Below are positions 1-9,793 of a DNA stretch of 64,000 bases, in pieces; positions within the stretch are counted from its first letter, which is position 1; every line of letters begins with the position of its first letter. The position numbers and the translations under genes are program-made. The notes under the pieces were generated by a model. That model searched no databases and was not told the DNA's origin. It saw only the letters and a list, made by a program, of their open reading frames with translations. The DNA is taken from contig OY970063.1 in the NCBI GenBank assembly GCA_963705275.1, positions 196,974 to 260,973 of the forward strand, read 5' to 3'. The stretch is from an uncultured delta proteobacterium (GTDB lineage Bacteria > Desulfobacterota > Syntrophia > Syntrophales > UBA2185).

Positions 1-635
1 CAAGAGGCGTAGTTCCGATCATGGTCGGTGGATCGGGTCTGTATATTGAAGCAGCAATAAAGGGATACAGGTTGTTGGAAGTTCCGGAAAATCCGTTGTT
101 AAGGCATGAGCTCGAAGAAGAAGGGATGAATGAATTGAGGAATCGGCTTATCGAGCTCAATCCTGCGGTCCACAATACAACTGATCTAATGGATCGAAAG
201 CGCTTGGTACGCGCCATAGAAATCATGGAATTTACAAAAACTCATAATTATCAAGAGGCGCATTATCCTTCAATTGTTGCCTTGGCTGTCGGTATCCGCT
301 GGGAACGTTCCGTATTGCGCGAGAGGATTACGGATCGTCTTAATGCGAGATTGAAGACCGGTATGATTGAAGAAGTAGAGAGGCTTTATCGGTCCGGAAT
401 TGGATGGGAGAAACTCGACTTTTTCGGCCTTGAATATCGTTATGTCGGTCTTTATCTCAGAGGCGTGATGAGCTATAGCGAGATGTTTCAAAAGCTCAAC
501 ACACGTATCCATCAATTCGCCAAGAAGCAGGAAACATGGTTCAGACGGATGGAGAAACAAGGCACTAAGATTCACTGGATAAACGGCGATGATTACGGGA
601 AGGCAGCAGAGATCATAAACGGACTGATGAAATAA
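1..635 (+). CDS. miaA: tRNA dimethylallyltransferase (MiaA), 3' portion; the 5' end lies upstream of the window
   Basis: The frame is open from nt 3 (RGVVPIMVGGSGLYIEA...), so the gene starts outside the window. The VGG(S/T)GLY motif and the C-terminal ...QFAKKQETWFRR are typical of MiaA. Confidence 0.9.
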   Translation, partial: RGVVPIMVGGSGLYIEAAIKGYRLLEVPENPLLRHELEEEGMNELRNRLIELNPAVHNTTDLMDRKRLVRAIEIMEFTKTHNYQEAHYPSIVALAVGIRWERSVLRERITDRLNARLKTGMIEEVERLYRSGIGWEKLDFFGLEYRYVGLYLRGVMSYSEMFQKLNTRIHQFAKKQETWFRRMEKQGTKIHWINGDDYGKAAEIINGLMK

Positions 636-806
636 ATAGTGCATTTGTCTTAATAAGGGGATATCATAAAAAAGTTGTCTGCATGCCGGAAGAGCCGGAG
701 GATTCTTACGCGGACGAAATTCATTTGACTAATGGATGTTTGGTCGGCGGGGTTCAATTGAAGGGTTCAAATGCAGATAATCTTATTCCATAGTGGAGGA
801 TTGGTG

Positions 807-1890
807 ATGATAGATGAGAAGTATATCCGCACTTTGCTGATTGTTTTCTGCCTTGTCATGCTTACGCTGAGTGGCTGCGGATCAAAAGATGAAAAACAAG
901 CTAGCTCGCAAGCTGAAGTTCAAAAGCCGGGAGCGCAGTCAGAAGAAACAGTTTCTGCAAACCCGCCTTCTCCGGCAGGTGCGCCAACAGCAGGATCTAC
1001 AGTGGTTATTGATGTAGATGGCTCAAAGCTTACCCAGGGTCAGGTTGAAACGGAAGTTAAGAGAATAATGTCTGTAGATGAAAAAGCAAATGCCGGCCGA
1101 GCGTCTAGAGCAGGCGAAGGAGAATGCGAGAAAGCAGGTGCTCACTGACTTTACCGCAAGGACACTTCTGGCAAACGAGATAAAAAGACTGAACCTCAGT
1201 GCAAGTGATGCGGAGGTGAAAGCGGCTGAAGAACAGGTGAAAAATGATCTTCCTAAAGGCATGACGATTGAGGATTTCATGAAGAAGAACAAGATCACCA
1301 AGGAACAGATGCAGGAAGATCTGCGGTTCAGGATCAAAATCAGCAAGCTCGTTATGATGCAGACGGCGGGTAAATCTAAACCCACGGATAAGGAAATAAA
1401 TGAATTCTATCAAAAGAACAAAGACAAGTTCAAGATGCCTGAAGCTGTTCATGTCAGACATATCCTGATAGCGAAGGCAGCGGGAGACGATGATAAGATC
1501 AAGGCGGAAAAGAGGGCGAAGGCAGAGGATTTGCGAACACAGTTGCTGGCAGGGGCGAATTTTGCGGAAATAGCGAAAAATAATTCTGACTGCCCCAGCA
1601 AGGAGACGGGTGGCGATCTAGGTGTTTTCAGGCGGGGCGAAATGGTAAAGCAATTTGAAAATGCCGCATTCTCGCAGGATGTCAATGCGATAGGGCCTGT
1701 TGTGGAGACTGAATATGGTTTCCACATAATTCAGGTGTTGGAGCGTCATGCTCCCAAGGCGCTTGCCCTTGATGACAAGATGAAGGGAAATATATCAGCC
1801 TTTCTCGAACAACAGAAACAGCAGGAAACCTTTGATGCTATCCTAAAAAAATTGCGGGCCAAAGCCAAAATCACGGTATACAGGAACTGA
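807..1890 (+). pseudogene. Parvulin (PpiC)-type peptidyl-prolyl isomerase lipoprotein, PrsA/SurA-like, interrupted by a 1-nt frame disruption near 1078-1090
   Basis: The N-terminal piece (ATG 807, GGAGGA 6 nt upstream) encodes a signal peptide plus lipobox (LTLSGC) and ...VVIDVDGSKLTQGQVETEVKRIMSVDEK. The rest (ORF 1078-1890) is in the +1 frame and carries the PpiC domain (VHVRHILI...GGDLGVFRRGEMVKQFENAAF...YGFHIIQV). Removing one A from GAAAAAG restores a continuous frame reading ...SVDEKQMPAERLEQAK... Confidence 0.8.
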
Positions 1891-2055
1891 TGGAGCGGCA
1901 AACGTCGTGTCGAGGAATTTGGTTGACGGATTTTCTCTGGTGAATGAAGCAATTGGCAAGCACGTCATAACCATACGCAAGCTACTGGATAAGAAGCGAT
2001 AATATCCAAGTTCACGACGTATGCGTGGCACACATACATGGCGAATCGCCCGGCG

Positions 2056-2871
2056 TCAGAATGAGTGCTTCTTTTCGGGGAAGGTACCCTTTCTCACCTC
2101 ATCGATATATTGATTGACGGCCTCTTTCATCTGCACATTGAGCTGGGCATATGTCTTCACAAATTTCGGTATGAATTTTTCAAACATTCCCGCCATATCA
2201 TGAAGGACCAGAACCTGACCGTCGCAGTTAATGCCGGCGCCTATCCCGATCGTGGGAATTGTGAGGGATTGCGTCACAGCCTTTGCCAGTGCTGCCGGCA
2301 CACACTCCAAAACAACGGAAAATGCCCCGGCTTCTTCGAGGATTTTAGCATCTTCCATAATTCTTAGGGCTGCTCGCTCGTCTTTACCCTGAACCTTGTA
2401 TCCTCCAAACTGATGAACGGATTGTGGCGTCAGACCGAGGTGTGCCATGACGGGAATTCCCGTAGATGCCATTCTTCTTGTTATTTCTGCCACCTCCCTG
2501 CCTCCCTCCAGCTTGACTCCTTGGGCGCCTGCTTCCTTAAGAAAACGGCCGGCGTTATATAGCGCATCCTCAGCAGAAACCTGGTAGGACATAAAGGGCA
2601 TATCGCCCACGACCATGGCATGCTTGACGGCACGGGACACAGCCTTCGTATGATGAATCATCTCATCCATTGTAACGGGAATGGTACTATCATAGCCTAA
2701 CATGACCATGCCCAAAGAATCTCCGACGAGGACGACATCAATGCCTGCTTCGTCTACAATGAGAGCCGTGGGATAATCGTAAGCCGTTAACATGCATATC
2801 TTTTCATTCTTCCTTTTCATGTCGCGAATCACGGCAGTAGTGATTCTATTAGTGCTCGTCTGCGTGCTCAT
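2056..2871 (-). CDS. panB: 3-methyl-2-oxobutanoate hydroxymethyltransferase (ketopantoate hydroxymethyltransferase)
   Basis: 271 aa. [10 protein letters not shown]..., [28 protein letters not shown] and [10 protein letters not shown] are hallmark PanB segments. Confidence 0.95.
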   Translation of the reverse strand: MSTQTSTNRITTAVIRDMKRKNEKICMLTAYDYPTALIVDEAGIDVVLVGDSLGMVMLGYDSTIPVTMDEMIHHTKAVSRAVKHAMVVGDMPFMSYQVSAEDALYNAGRFLKEAGAQGVKLEGGREVAEITRRMASTGIPVMAHLGLTPQSVHQFGGYKVQGKDERAALRIMEDAKILEEAGAFSVVLECVPAALAKAVTQSLTIPTIGIGAGINCDGQVLVLHDMAGMFEKFIPKFVKTYAQLNVQMKEAVNQYIDEVRKGTFPEKKHSF

Positions 2872-2876
2872 GTCAT

Positions 2877-3767
2877 TTACCTCACTTTAAGTAATTCTTT
2901 AATTAGCCGGGCAGTTTCCGGAGACAATGTTTTCTTCTTCAATGCAAGCTCGGCAGTCAGGACGCCGAGTGTGGTATACGCCTGTAAGAGAGTTGGCAGT
3001 TTGTTGCGCAAGGCCTCCGCATGTTTTTTTATAGTGCCCGCGTCTCCACGCGCCACAGGCCCTGTTAAAGCCTGAACAGCGCCCTTTGTCTCGATATTAG
3101 CAATTGTACCCATAACGAGGGGCCAGACCGCGCGAATGGCATCCTCACGGCTTAAGCCAATGGATTGATAGATTTCCTCGACCATATAGATAAGGGTCGT
3201 CAGATAGTTTGAAGCTATACAGGCTGCGGCATGGTAGAGGGGTTTGTCAGGATCGGCAATGAAAAAGGGAGCTCCGCCAAGGTCCTTGACTATCTGTACA
3301 CACCACTCCCTGATTTCATCTGGCGAGGTTATTCCGAAGGTACTGCCGGGAATGTTCCTGATTGCGCCGTCTACGTCAGCGAATGACTGTAGCGGATGTA
3401 TGCATGCGACACGAGCTCCGGCGTCCTGTGCGGATGCGAGAAGGTCAAGACCTCCTGCGCCGCTCATGTGGATGACCTTGTCACCGGGACTTATGGCCTT
3501 CTCACTCGAAATCTTTTTGCATACATGTGCAATAGCGTCGTCCGACGTCGTAATAATAATACAATTGGCGGCAAGAGCGGCGGCAGAAAAATTCAGATAG
3601 GGCTTGCCGCCTGTATAGACCATGCCTTGATTCAGGGATCTCTTTGACCTGCCGGCAACGGCGACTATCCTGTAACCGGCCTTACGGAGAAGAAAGCCAA
3701 CCGCCGTACCCACCCTGCCGATGCCCAGTATGGCGACTGTATCTCCTCTTATTTCTTGAGTATTCAT
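2877..3767 (-). CDS. Rossmann-fold oxidoreductase, DUF2520-type; candidate PanG-like ketopantoate reductase
   Basis: 296 aa with an N-terminal dinucleotide-binding motif ([14 protein letters not shown]). It ends 5 nt before the panB start, so the two are likely co-transcribed. The function is inferred from context only. Confidence 0.75.
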   Translation of the reverse strand: MNTQEIRGDTVAILGIGRVGTAVGFLLRKAGYRIVAVAGRSKRSLNQGMVYTGGKPYLNFSAAALAANCIIITTSDDAIAHVCKKISSEKAISPGDKVIHMSGAGGLDLLASAQDAGARVACIHPLQSFADVDGAIRNIPGSTFGITSPDEIREWCVQIVKDLGGAPFFIADPDKPLYHAAACIASNYLTTLIYMVEEIYQSIGLSREDAIRAVWPLVMGTIANIETKGAVQALTGPVARGDAGTIKKHAEALRNKLPTLLQAYTTLGVLTAELALKKKTLSPETARLIKELLKVR

Positions 3768-3781
3768 AATGAAAAGTTTAT

Positions 3782-3822
3782 AAAATCAAAAAAGGCCCCC
3801 CAGACAAACCCCGGACGGCCTT
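3782..3822 (-). terminator. Intrinsic-terminator-like hairpin plus U-tract, 15 nt upstream of the DUF2520/panB operon start codon (candidate attenuator)
   Basis: Minus-strand RNA: AAGGCC-G-UCC...GGG-GGCCUU followed by UUUUGAUUUU (together with the stem's last two U, UUUUUUGAUUUU). The stem is 6 bp plus 3 bp with one bulge. No minus-strand gene ends upstream of it. Confidence 0.55.
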
Positions 3823-3850
3823 AAGACAAAAGCACTCTTATTTGACCATT

Positions 3851-3883
3851 CCGTCTCGGTCCATCTGTGTCGGATCCAAGCGG
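3851..3883 (-). promoter_or_regulatory. Leader hairpin with two bulged adenosines; candidate 'pan' RNA motif
   Basis: Minus-strand RNA: 5'-CCG CUUGG A UCCG [ACACAGA] UGGA CCGAG A CGG-3'. This gives 12 bp (10 Watson-Crick, 2 G-U), interrupted by one bulged A on each side. It lies in the 5' leader of a panB operon. Confidence 0.45.
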
Positions 3884-3891
3884 ATGAATGC

Positions 3892-3921
3892 TTATTAGCA
3901 TAAACCTCCTCAAGCAGTCAA
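3892..3921 (-). promoter_or_regulatory. Candidate sigma70-type promoter for the pan leader/operon
   Basis: Minus strand: TTGACT, 18-nt spacer, TAATAA. The predicted transcription start falls a few nt before the hairpin at 3883. Confidence 0.35.
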
Positions 3922-4019
3922 TAGAGCAAATTCGCGGCAGAGATGGAGTTTTTGTCATCTTGTATTTGCCTGAACCGTCATATATAAGAGGGCTTATAGA
4001 ATTTGGAGAATCGTATAAG

Positions 4020-4664
4020 ATGAAACATATTGAACTGATGATATTTGACCTGGATGGTACCCTTGTGAATTCCGGGGGAGACATAGTCGCATCTGTAAAT
4101 TACACCCTTGAGAGCCTGGATATACCGGCGAAGAGTCAGGAGGAGATTTTTACCTTCGTGGGGGATGGTGTAAATAAAATGATCGAAAGAGCCCTTGGAA
4201 AGGATTTTCGATATCTGTTCGACCGGGCGATGGATATCTTTTCTGATTACTATGCGGAGCATATGCTTGATACGACATGCCTGTGCGATTCCGTCATTGA
4301 GGTACTCGACCACTTCCGCAGCAAGAAAAAAGTCATTATCACGAATAAGCGGAGATATTTTACGCTTAAGATGACGGATGCCCTGGGCATATCAAGATAC
4401 TTCGAAGAGATCATCGGGGCGGACAGCACTGCTTACAAAAAGCCGGATACCCGTTTGTTTGTTCCTCTTATTGAAAGGTTTCATGCTGCATATAATGATA
4501 CAGTCGTGATAGGCGATGGTGTGAATGACATAATGCTCGCAAAGAATACAGGCGTATTGAGTTGCGCCCTTTTGAACGGGCTTACGCATAGAAATATTCT
4601 TCTTGCCCTTGACCCTGATTTTGCCTGTGAAGGACTAGGGGAGCTGATTAAGATATTTGATTGA
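4020..4664 (+). CDS. gph: HAD-superfamily hydrolase, phosphoglycolate phosphatase-like
   Basis: HAD motif I (MIFDLDGTLVNS) and motif IV (VVIGDGVNDIMLAK). ATG 4020 is preferred over the ORF-track start at 3888 because the HAD fold begins immediately after it and GGAGAA lies upstream. Confidence 0.85.
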   Translation: MKHIELMIFDLDGTLVNSGGDIVASVNYTLESLDIPAKSQEEIFTFVGDGVNKMIERALGKDFRYLFDRAMDIFSDYYAEHMLDTTCLCDSVIEVLDHFRSKKKVIITNKRRYFTLKMTDALGISRYFEEIIGADSTAYKKPDTRLFVPLIERFHAAYNDTVVIGDGVNDIMLAKNTGVLSCALLNGLTHRNILLALDPDFACEGLGELIKIFD

Positions 4665-4687
4665 AATCTGCGCGGGATCTATGAAGT

Positions 4688-6085
4688 ATGATCAAAAAGA
4701 TTAAAGAGGCCATAGAAGAGAATCATCTTCTCGACGGGGGAGAAAAGATTATTGTAGCCGTCTCCGGGGGGCCTGATTCTGTTGCCCTGCTAAAAATACT
4801 GGAGATGTTGTCGGATGAGTATAATCTTACTCTAATTGTAGCGCATATCAATCATGGACTAAGGGAGGAGGGTGCTGACGAAGAGCAATTCGTACGCGAA
4901 ATAGCTGCGGGCATGGGGTTTGCGTTTGAGTGCAGATCTTTCGACATCAGATCGCTAAGAAAAGGAACCGGAAAGTGCATAGAAGAAATGAGCCGGAAAG
5001 TGAGATACGATTTTCTGGATGATCTGGCCAACAAGCATGGCGCGCAGAAGATTGCGTTGGGACATAATAGCAATGATCAGACTGAAACAGTGCTGATGAA
5101 TTTTCTAAGGGGAAGCGGTCCGACAGGCCTAAAGGGCATGCTGCCTTTCAGAGATTCAGTTTATATCAGACCGCTTCTTCGCGTGACAAGAAACGAGATC
5201 ATTTCCTTTCTCGAATTCCACGGATTACCGTTTGTTACGGACTCTTCTAATACCGATCCGGCTTACCTGCGCAACAGGATTAGGCATTCACTGATACCTG
5301 AACTGAAGGCAAGATATAATCCTAAATTGGAAGAGAGTATGGCGAAGATGGCGGAGATCATGCGTGTCGAAGATGATTACATGAAAAACGTAGCTAGCAA
5401 GATCCTGTCGGAATGGGGCACGTCGGCGATTCACGGTGAGATCAGCATCAGCATACCTGACCTCATCAAGTATCATCAAGCCATTCAAAGAAGAATTGTG
5501 AAGCATCTGCTCCTACGGTTGACAACAAATAATCAAGGCATTGGTCATATTCACGTGAAAGCGGCCCTTGATTTGGTATCTTCTGATCGCCCAGGTGCTT
5601 ATGTAAACCTGCCCGGTAATATAGTTGTGAGGCGCGAATACAATGCCCTTCTCTTTGTCAAAAATAGGGGAGATGAAGAAGAAATTCCCCGAGAAAGATG
5701 CAATGATCTTCGTTACGAGGTCACGCTTCCGGGTTCAGTGGAGATGGCTGAGTTGGGAAAGATGATGGTATTTGAATTTGTAGAAAGCCCGATTGATATA
5801 AAATCAGACAACCAAGACACCGCCTTCATAGATTATGACAGGATATCTCCGCCTTTGATCATAAGAACTGTGATGGCGGGCGACAGAATACAACCGCTGG
5901 GTATGCGAGGAATGAAAAAGATAAAATCTGTCTTCATTGACGAAAAGATACCATGGCGACACAGAAAAGAGATTCCCCTTTTGCTGGATCAGGAGGCAGT
6001 GCTCTGGATTGTGGGGCTGCGACTCAGTGAACGTGTTAAAATAACAGAAAAAACAAGACAGATACTCAAAGTAGAATTTGTTTGA
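4688..6085 (+). CDS. tilS: tRNA(Ile)-lysidine synthase
   Basis: 465 aa with the PP-loop motif AVSGGPDS and the typical TilS C-terminal domain (...IDEKIPWRHRKEIPLL...). Confidence 0.93.
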   Translation: MIKKIKEAIEENHLLDGGEKIIVAVSGGPDSVALLKILEMLSDEYNLTLIVAHINHGLREEGADEEQFVREIAAGMGFAFECRSFDIRSLRKGTGKCIEEMSRKVRYDFLDDLANKHGAQKIALGHNSNDQTETVLMNFLRGSGPTGLKGMLPFRDSVYIRPLLRVTRNEIISFLEFHGLPFVTDSSNTDPAYLRNRIRHSLIPELKARYNPKLEESMAKMAEIMRVEDDYMKNVASKILSEWGTSAIHGEISISIPDLIKYHQAIQRRIVKHLLLRLTTNNQGIGHIHVKAALDLVSSDRPGAYVNLPGNIVVRREYNALLFVKNRGDEEEIPRERCNDLRYEVTLPGSVEMAELGKMMVFEFVESPIDIKSDNQDTAFIDYDRISPPLIIRTVMAGDRIQPLGMRGMKKIKSVFIDEKIPWRHRKEIPLLLDQEAVLWIVGLRLSERVKITEKTRQILKVEFV

Positions 6086-6178
6086 AATAATACCCTTGTT
6101 AATGTAATTGTAAACTGAGATGTTGAAATATTCTTTATTTTTGTTCCCGTGCAGACGGGAATGCAGAGGGAGGTAATA

Positions 6179-7987
6179 TTGAATTCATTGCAGAAGAACA
6201 TAGCACTCTGGCTGTTTATCAGTCTGGTTTTCGTGCTGCTGTACCATCTTTTCAATCAGCCGAAGAGTGTGCAGGAAAATATCATCTATAGTGATTTTGT
6301 AAGCTACGCAGAAAAGGGGCAGATTGTTGAAGTTACCATACAGGGCGAGAGTATTTCTGGCAAGCTCAACAGCGGGAAGAATTTTAAGACATATGCGCCG
6401 AAGGACGCGGGACTTATTCAAATCCTGAAGGATAAAGGTGTACGAATTGCGTCAAAACCTGCGGAGGAATCTCCCTGGTATATGAACGTCTTGATTTCAT
6501 GGGTGCCCATGCTTCTCCTCATAGGCGTATGGATATTCTTCATGCGGCAGATGCAGGCTGGCGGCGGCAAGGCAATGGCATTCGGCAAGAGCAAGGCCCG
6601 TCTCGTTACTGACAAATCAAAAAAGGTGACCTTTGCAGATGTGGCAGGCATAGATGAAGCCAAAGCAGAATTGGAGGAAGTTATAGAGTTTCTCAGGGAG
6701 CCCAAGAAATTTACGCGGCTGGGCGGAAGAATACCCAAAGGCCTGCTTCTCGTTGGACAGCCGGGCACGGGGAAGACATTACTTGCCAGGGCAATTGCCG
6801 GTGAAGCAGAGGTACCTTTTCTCAGCATAAGCGGATCTGATTTCGTCGAGATGTTTGTAGGTGTGGGAGCGTCGCGTGTCAGGGATCTATTCGACCAGGG
6901 TAAAAAGAATGCCCCGTGTATTATTTTTATAGATGAGATCGATGCGGTAGGAAGGCACAGGGGCGCCGGTTTGGGCGGAGGACATGATGAAAGGGAACAG
7001 ACCCTGAATCAGCTCCTTGTGGAAATGGATGGGTTTGAATCAAATGAAGGAGTAATTCTCGTTTCTGCAACAAACAGGCCTGATGTGCTTGATCCAGCAC
7101 TCCTGAGACCCGGCAGGTTTGACCGGCAGGTCGTCGTTCCCCTTCCTGATGTTAAGGGCAGGGAAAAAATCCTGGAGGTGCACACCAGAAAGACGCCTCT
7201 TGCGGAAGATATCGATTTTGCGGTGATAGCAAGAGGAACCCCTGGATTCTCCGGTGCTGATATAGAGAACCTTGTCAACGAGTCCGTTCTTTATGCTGCA
7301 AGATATGGCAAAGATAAGGTAACTATGAGTGACTTCGAGTTTGCGAAAGACAAGGTCATGATGGGTGCGGAAAGGAAGAGCATGGTGATAAGCATCGAGG
7401 AGAGGAAGAACACGGCTTATCATGAATCAGGTCATGCCTTGGTGGCGAGATTGTTACCAGGAAGTGATCCTATCCATAAAGTTACAATAATTCCCAGGGG
7501 CATGGCTCTGGGTCTCACACAACAATTGCCCGTGGATGAAAAACATACTTATCCCAAAAAGTATCTCTTGAACAATATTACAATTCTGCTAGGGGGCAGG
7601 GCAGCGGAAGAACTCATCTTAAATGAATTTACCACCGGTTCCGGAAACGACATTGAGAGGGCGACGAATCTTGCAAGGAAGATGGTCTGCGAATGGGGCA
7701 TGAGCGACGCAATGGGGCCGCTAAGTTACGGAAAAAAAGAAGAACAGATCTTTCTTGGCCGCGAATTTGCCACGCACAAAGACTACAGCGAAGAGACGGC
7801 CCAAAGGATAGATCAGGAAGTAACGCGGTTGGTATCGGAAAGCTACGAAAAGGCAAAAAAACTGTTGTCAGATCATATCGATATATTAAACAGGATCGCA
7901 GACGGTCTTCTGGAGAAGGAAGTTCTGAACACTGTAGAACTCGATGAGATTATACAAATGAACAGGGAGGAGGTGGATGGGCGCTAA
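6179..7987 (+). CDS. ftsH: ATP-dependent zinc metalloprotease FtsH
   Basis: Walker A (GQPGTGKT), AAA second region of homology, and zinc motif HESGHAL. The preferred start is TTG 6179, 5 nt after AGGGAGG, giving [16 protein letters not shown]... The ORF-track GTG at 6149 is the alternative. Confidence 0.95.
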   Translation: MNSLQKNIALWLFISLVFVLLYHLFNQPKSVQENIIYSDFVSYAEKGQIVEVTIQGESISGKLNSGKNFKTYAPKDAGLIQILKDKGVRIASKPAEESPWYMNVLISWVPMLLLIGVWIFFMRQMQAGGGKAMAFGKSKARLVTDKSKKVTFADVAGIDEAKAELEEVIEFLREPKKFTRLGGRIPKGLLLVGQPGTGKTLLARAIAGEAEVPFLSISGSDFVEMFVGVGASRVRDLFDQGKKNAPCIIFIDEIDAVGRHRGAGLGGGHDEREQTLNQLLVEMDGFESNEGVILVSATNRPDVLDPALLRPGRFDRQVVVPLPDVKGREKILEVHTRKTPLAEDIDFAVIARGTPGFSGADIENLVNESVLYAARYGKDKVTMSDFEFAKDKVMMGAERKSMVISIEERKNTAYHESGHALVARLLPGSDPIHKVTIIPRGMALGLTQQLPVDEKHTYPKKYLLNNITILLGGRAAEELILNEFTTGSGNDIERATNLARKMVCEWGMSDAMGPLSYGKKEEQIFLGREFATHKDYSEETAQRIDQEVTRLVSESYEKAKKLLSDHIDILNRIADGLLEKEVLNTVELDEIIQMNREEVDGR

Positions 7988-8047
7988 TACTATACACACG
8001 GAACATTAGATTTATTATTGAAGGCCAGCCCTCTATATTTATATACA

Positions 8048-9259
8048 ATGATATATAATAGTCATCCGAGATGTCTCCATCTAAGGTCGTCAAATGAGGC
8101 ACTTGAGGTCTTGAGAAAGATCGATTGCGATCCCTACGGCATTGACGCAATGCTGCCCAAGATGGTTCATCATAATATATTACTTGAAGGTATTAAGTGT
8201 AACATAGCGAATATTATAAAACAAGAGATGCTCTCTGTCGGCGGTGATGCCGCCGTTTCGCGTTCTGCAGTGTCATGCAGCGTTGAGGAAACGGACTGCG
8301 TTATCATGGGCACTGCAAAGCAGATTCAGCGATTAGCCGATAAGATTTTGATTCAGCCATTAGGATTAAGCAAAATCGCGAGGGATATCAAGGAACTCCT
8401 TACGAATGTTTCGAAAGATCTTCTTATCCTCAAGACATGCAGAAGGGAAATTGTCCTGGGAGGAAAGACAGAGGTCATGGGGATACTTAACGTGACTCCC
8501 GACTCATTTTCTGACGGGGGTCTTTTCAAAGACACGAACGCTGCGGTCGAATATGGTTTGAAAATGATGGAGGAAGGTGCAGACATTATAGATATTGGAG
8601 GAGAATCTTCACGGCCGGGTGCGGTGCCGGTTACTCTTGCGGAAGAGATTGCGAGGGTAATTCCTGTCATAAAGGGGTTGGAGAGATCCATCCAAATTCC
8701 GATTTCTATTGACACGACAAAGGCGGAGGTTGCAAGACTTGCCGTGGAAAATGGTGCTGATATTGTTAACGACATAAGTGCCATGACGTTTGATCCCCAG
8801 ATGGCGAATGCGGTCGCTGATACAGGCGCTGCAATCATCCTGATGCACATGCGTGGAACCCCCAAAGACATGCAGAAAGGAGATTTGTCTTATAGGTCTA
8901 TCAGGGGTGACATCATTGATTATCTGCAGAATAAGATGGAAAAGGCCCAAGAGGCGGGAATTTCTTCTGAACATATCATGGTCGACCCGGGCATTGGTTT
9001 CGGGAAGACTCAGGAAGACTCAATCAGGCTGCTAAAATATCTTTCAGAGTTCAGGGTCTTGGGCAGACCCATCGTGACGGGGCCTTCCAGGAAGGCCTTC
9101 ATAGGCAAGATAACTGGCGGTGGTCCGAAGGAGCGGATAGAGGGGACTGCCGCCGCAGTGACAGCTGCGATCATGAACGGGACACATGTAATACGGGTAC
9201 ATGACGTGAAGACCATGAAAAAGGTGGCTGCCATGGCCGATGCGATTCTCAGGGCGTAG
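8048..9259 (+). CDS. folP: Dihydropteroate synthase with an N-terminal extension of about 140 aa
   Basis: The pterin-binding domain begins at GILNVTPDSFSDGG, with ...IDIGGESSRPG... and DPGIGFGK further on. The start is uncertain (ATG 8048 or TTG 8018). The ftsH-folP linkage is widely conserved. Confidence 0.9.
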   Translation: MIYNSHPRCLHLRSSNEALEVLRKIDCDPYGIDAMLPKMVHHNILLEGIKCNIANIIKQEMLSVGGDAAVSRSAVSCSVEETDCVIMGTAKQIQRLADKILIQPLGLSKIARDIKELLTNVSKDLLILKTCRREIVLGGKTEVMGILNVTPDSFSDGGLFKDTNAAVEYGLKMMEEGADIIDIGGESSRPGAVPVTLAEEIARVIPVIKGLERSIQIPISIDTTKAEVARLAVENGADIVNDISAMTFDPQMANAVADTGAAIILMHMRGTPKDMQKGDLSYRSIRGDIIDYLQNKMEKAQEAGISSEHIMVDPGIGFGKTQEDSIRLLKYLSEFRVLGRPIVTGPSRKAFIGKITGGGPKERIEGTAAAVTAAIMNGTHVIRVHDVKTMKKVAAMADAILRA

Positions 9260-9304
9260 AGCAAGGACTCAAAATTGCGAGTATACCGGACAAGGTGTCT
9301 GAAG

Positions 9305-9682
9305 ATGATTCATGGAATTGGAACAGATTTTGTGGAAGTTTCAAGGCTTGAAAGAATTCTGAAAGAATGGGGAGACCGCTTTCTGGACAGGGTTTATGCG
9401 CATGACGAAATCGAGTATTGTAAAAATAAGGCTTTTCCAGCCATCCATTTTGCAGCAAGATTTGCGGCAAAGGAGTCTTTCCTGAAATCCCTTGGTATCG
9501 GTCTGGGCATGGGGGTTAAGCTGAAAGAAATTGAAGTGAGAAACAATACGCTGGGAAATCCGGAATTGAAAATCAATGAAAAAGTAGCTAGTATTCTTGA
9601 TGATCTCGGCGTGAAGGCGATCCACTTGAGTATGACGCATACGAGGGGACATGCACACGCAATTGTTATTCTCGAAAGATGA
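9305..9682 (+). CDS. acpS: Holo-[acyl-carrier-protein] synthase
   Basis: MIHGIGTDFVEVSR..., FAAKESFLKSLG and a length of about 125 aa are typical of AcpS. ATG 9305 is preferred over 9275. Confidence 0.92.
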   Translation: MIHGIGTDFVEVSRLERILKEWGDRFLDRVYAHDEIEYCKNKAFPAIHFAARFAAKESFLKSLGIGLGMGVKLKEIEVRNNTLGNPELKINEKVASILDDLGVKAIHLSMTHTRGHAHAIVILER

Positions 9683-9793
9683 AAAAAGATGCTGCGGCGG
9701 TAATTTGGCGAGAAGTGACGCGTCTATGACAGGGCGAGATAAGGGACGGGCTCAAACCCCAAGAGGACAATTATTTCCAGTGTCGAAAATACC

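Noticed and set aside
771-806. ORF-track start (ATG 771) for the PPIase lipoprotein.
   Set aside because: ATG 807 has a strong GGAGGA SD at 6-nt spacing and yields a normal lipoprotein signal peptide. The extra 12 residues from 771 are not needed.
3821-4084. 87-aa minus-strand ORF spanning the pan leader region and the start of gph.
   Set aside because: It overlaps the gph coding start and the predicted leader and promoter, has no SD, and its sequence has no recognisable features. The regulatory-RNA interpretation explains this region better.
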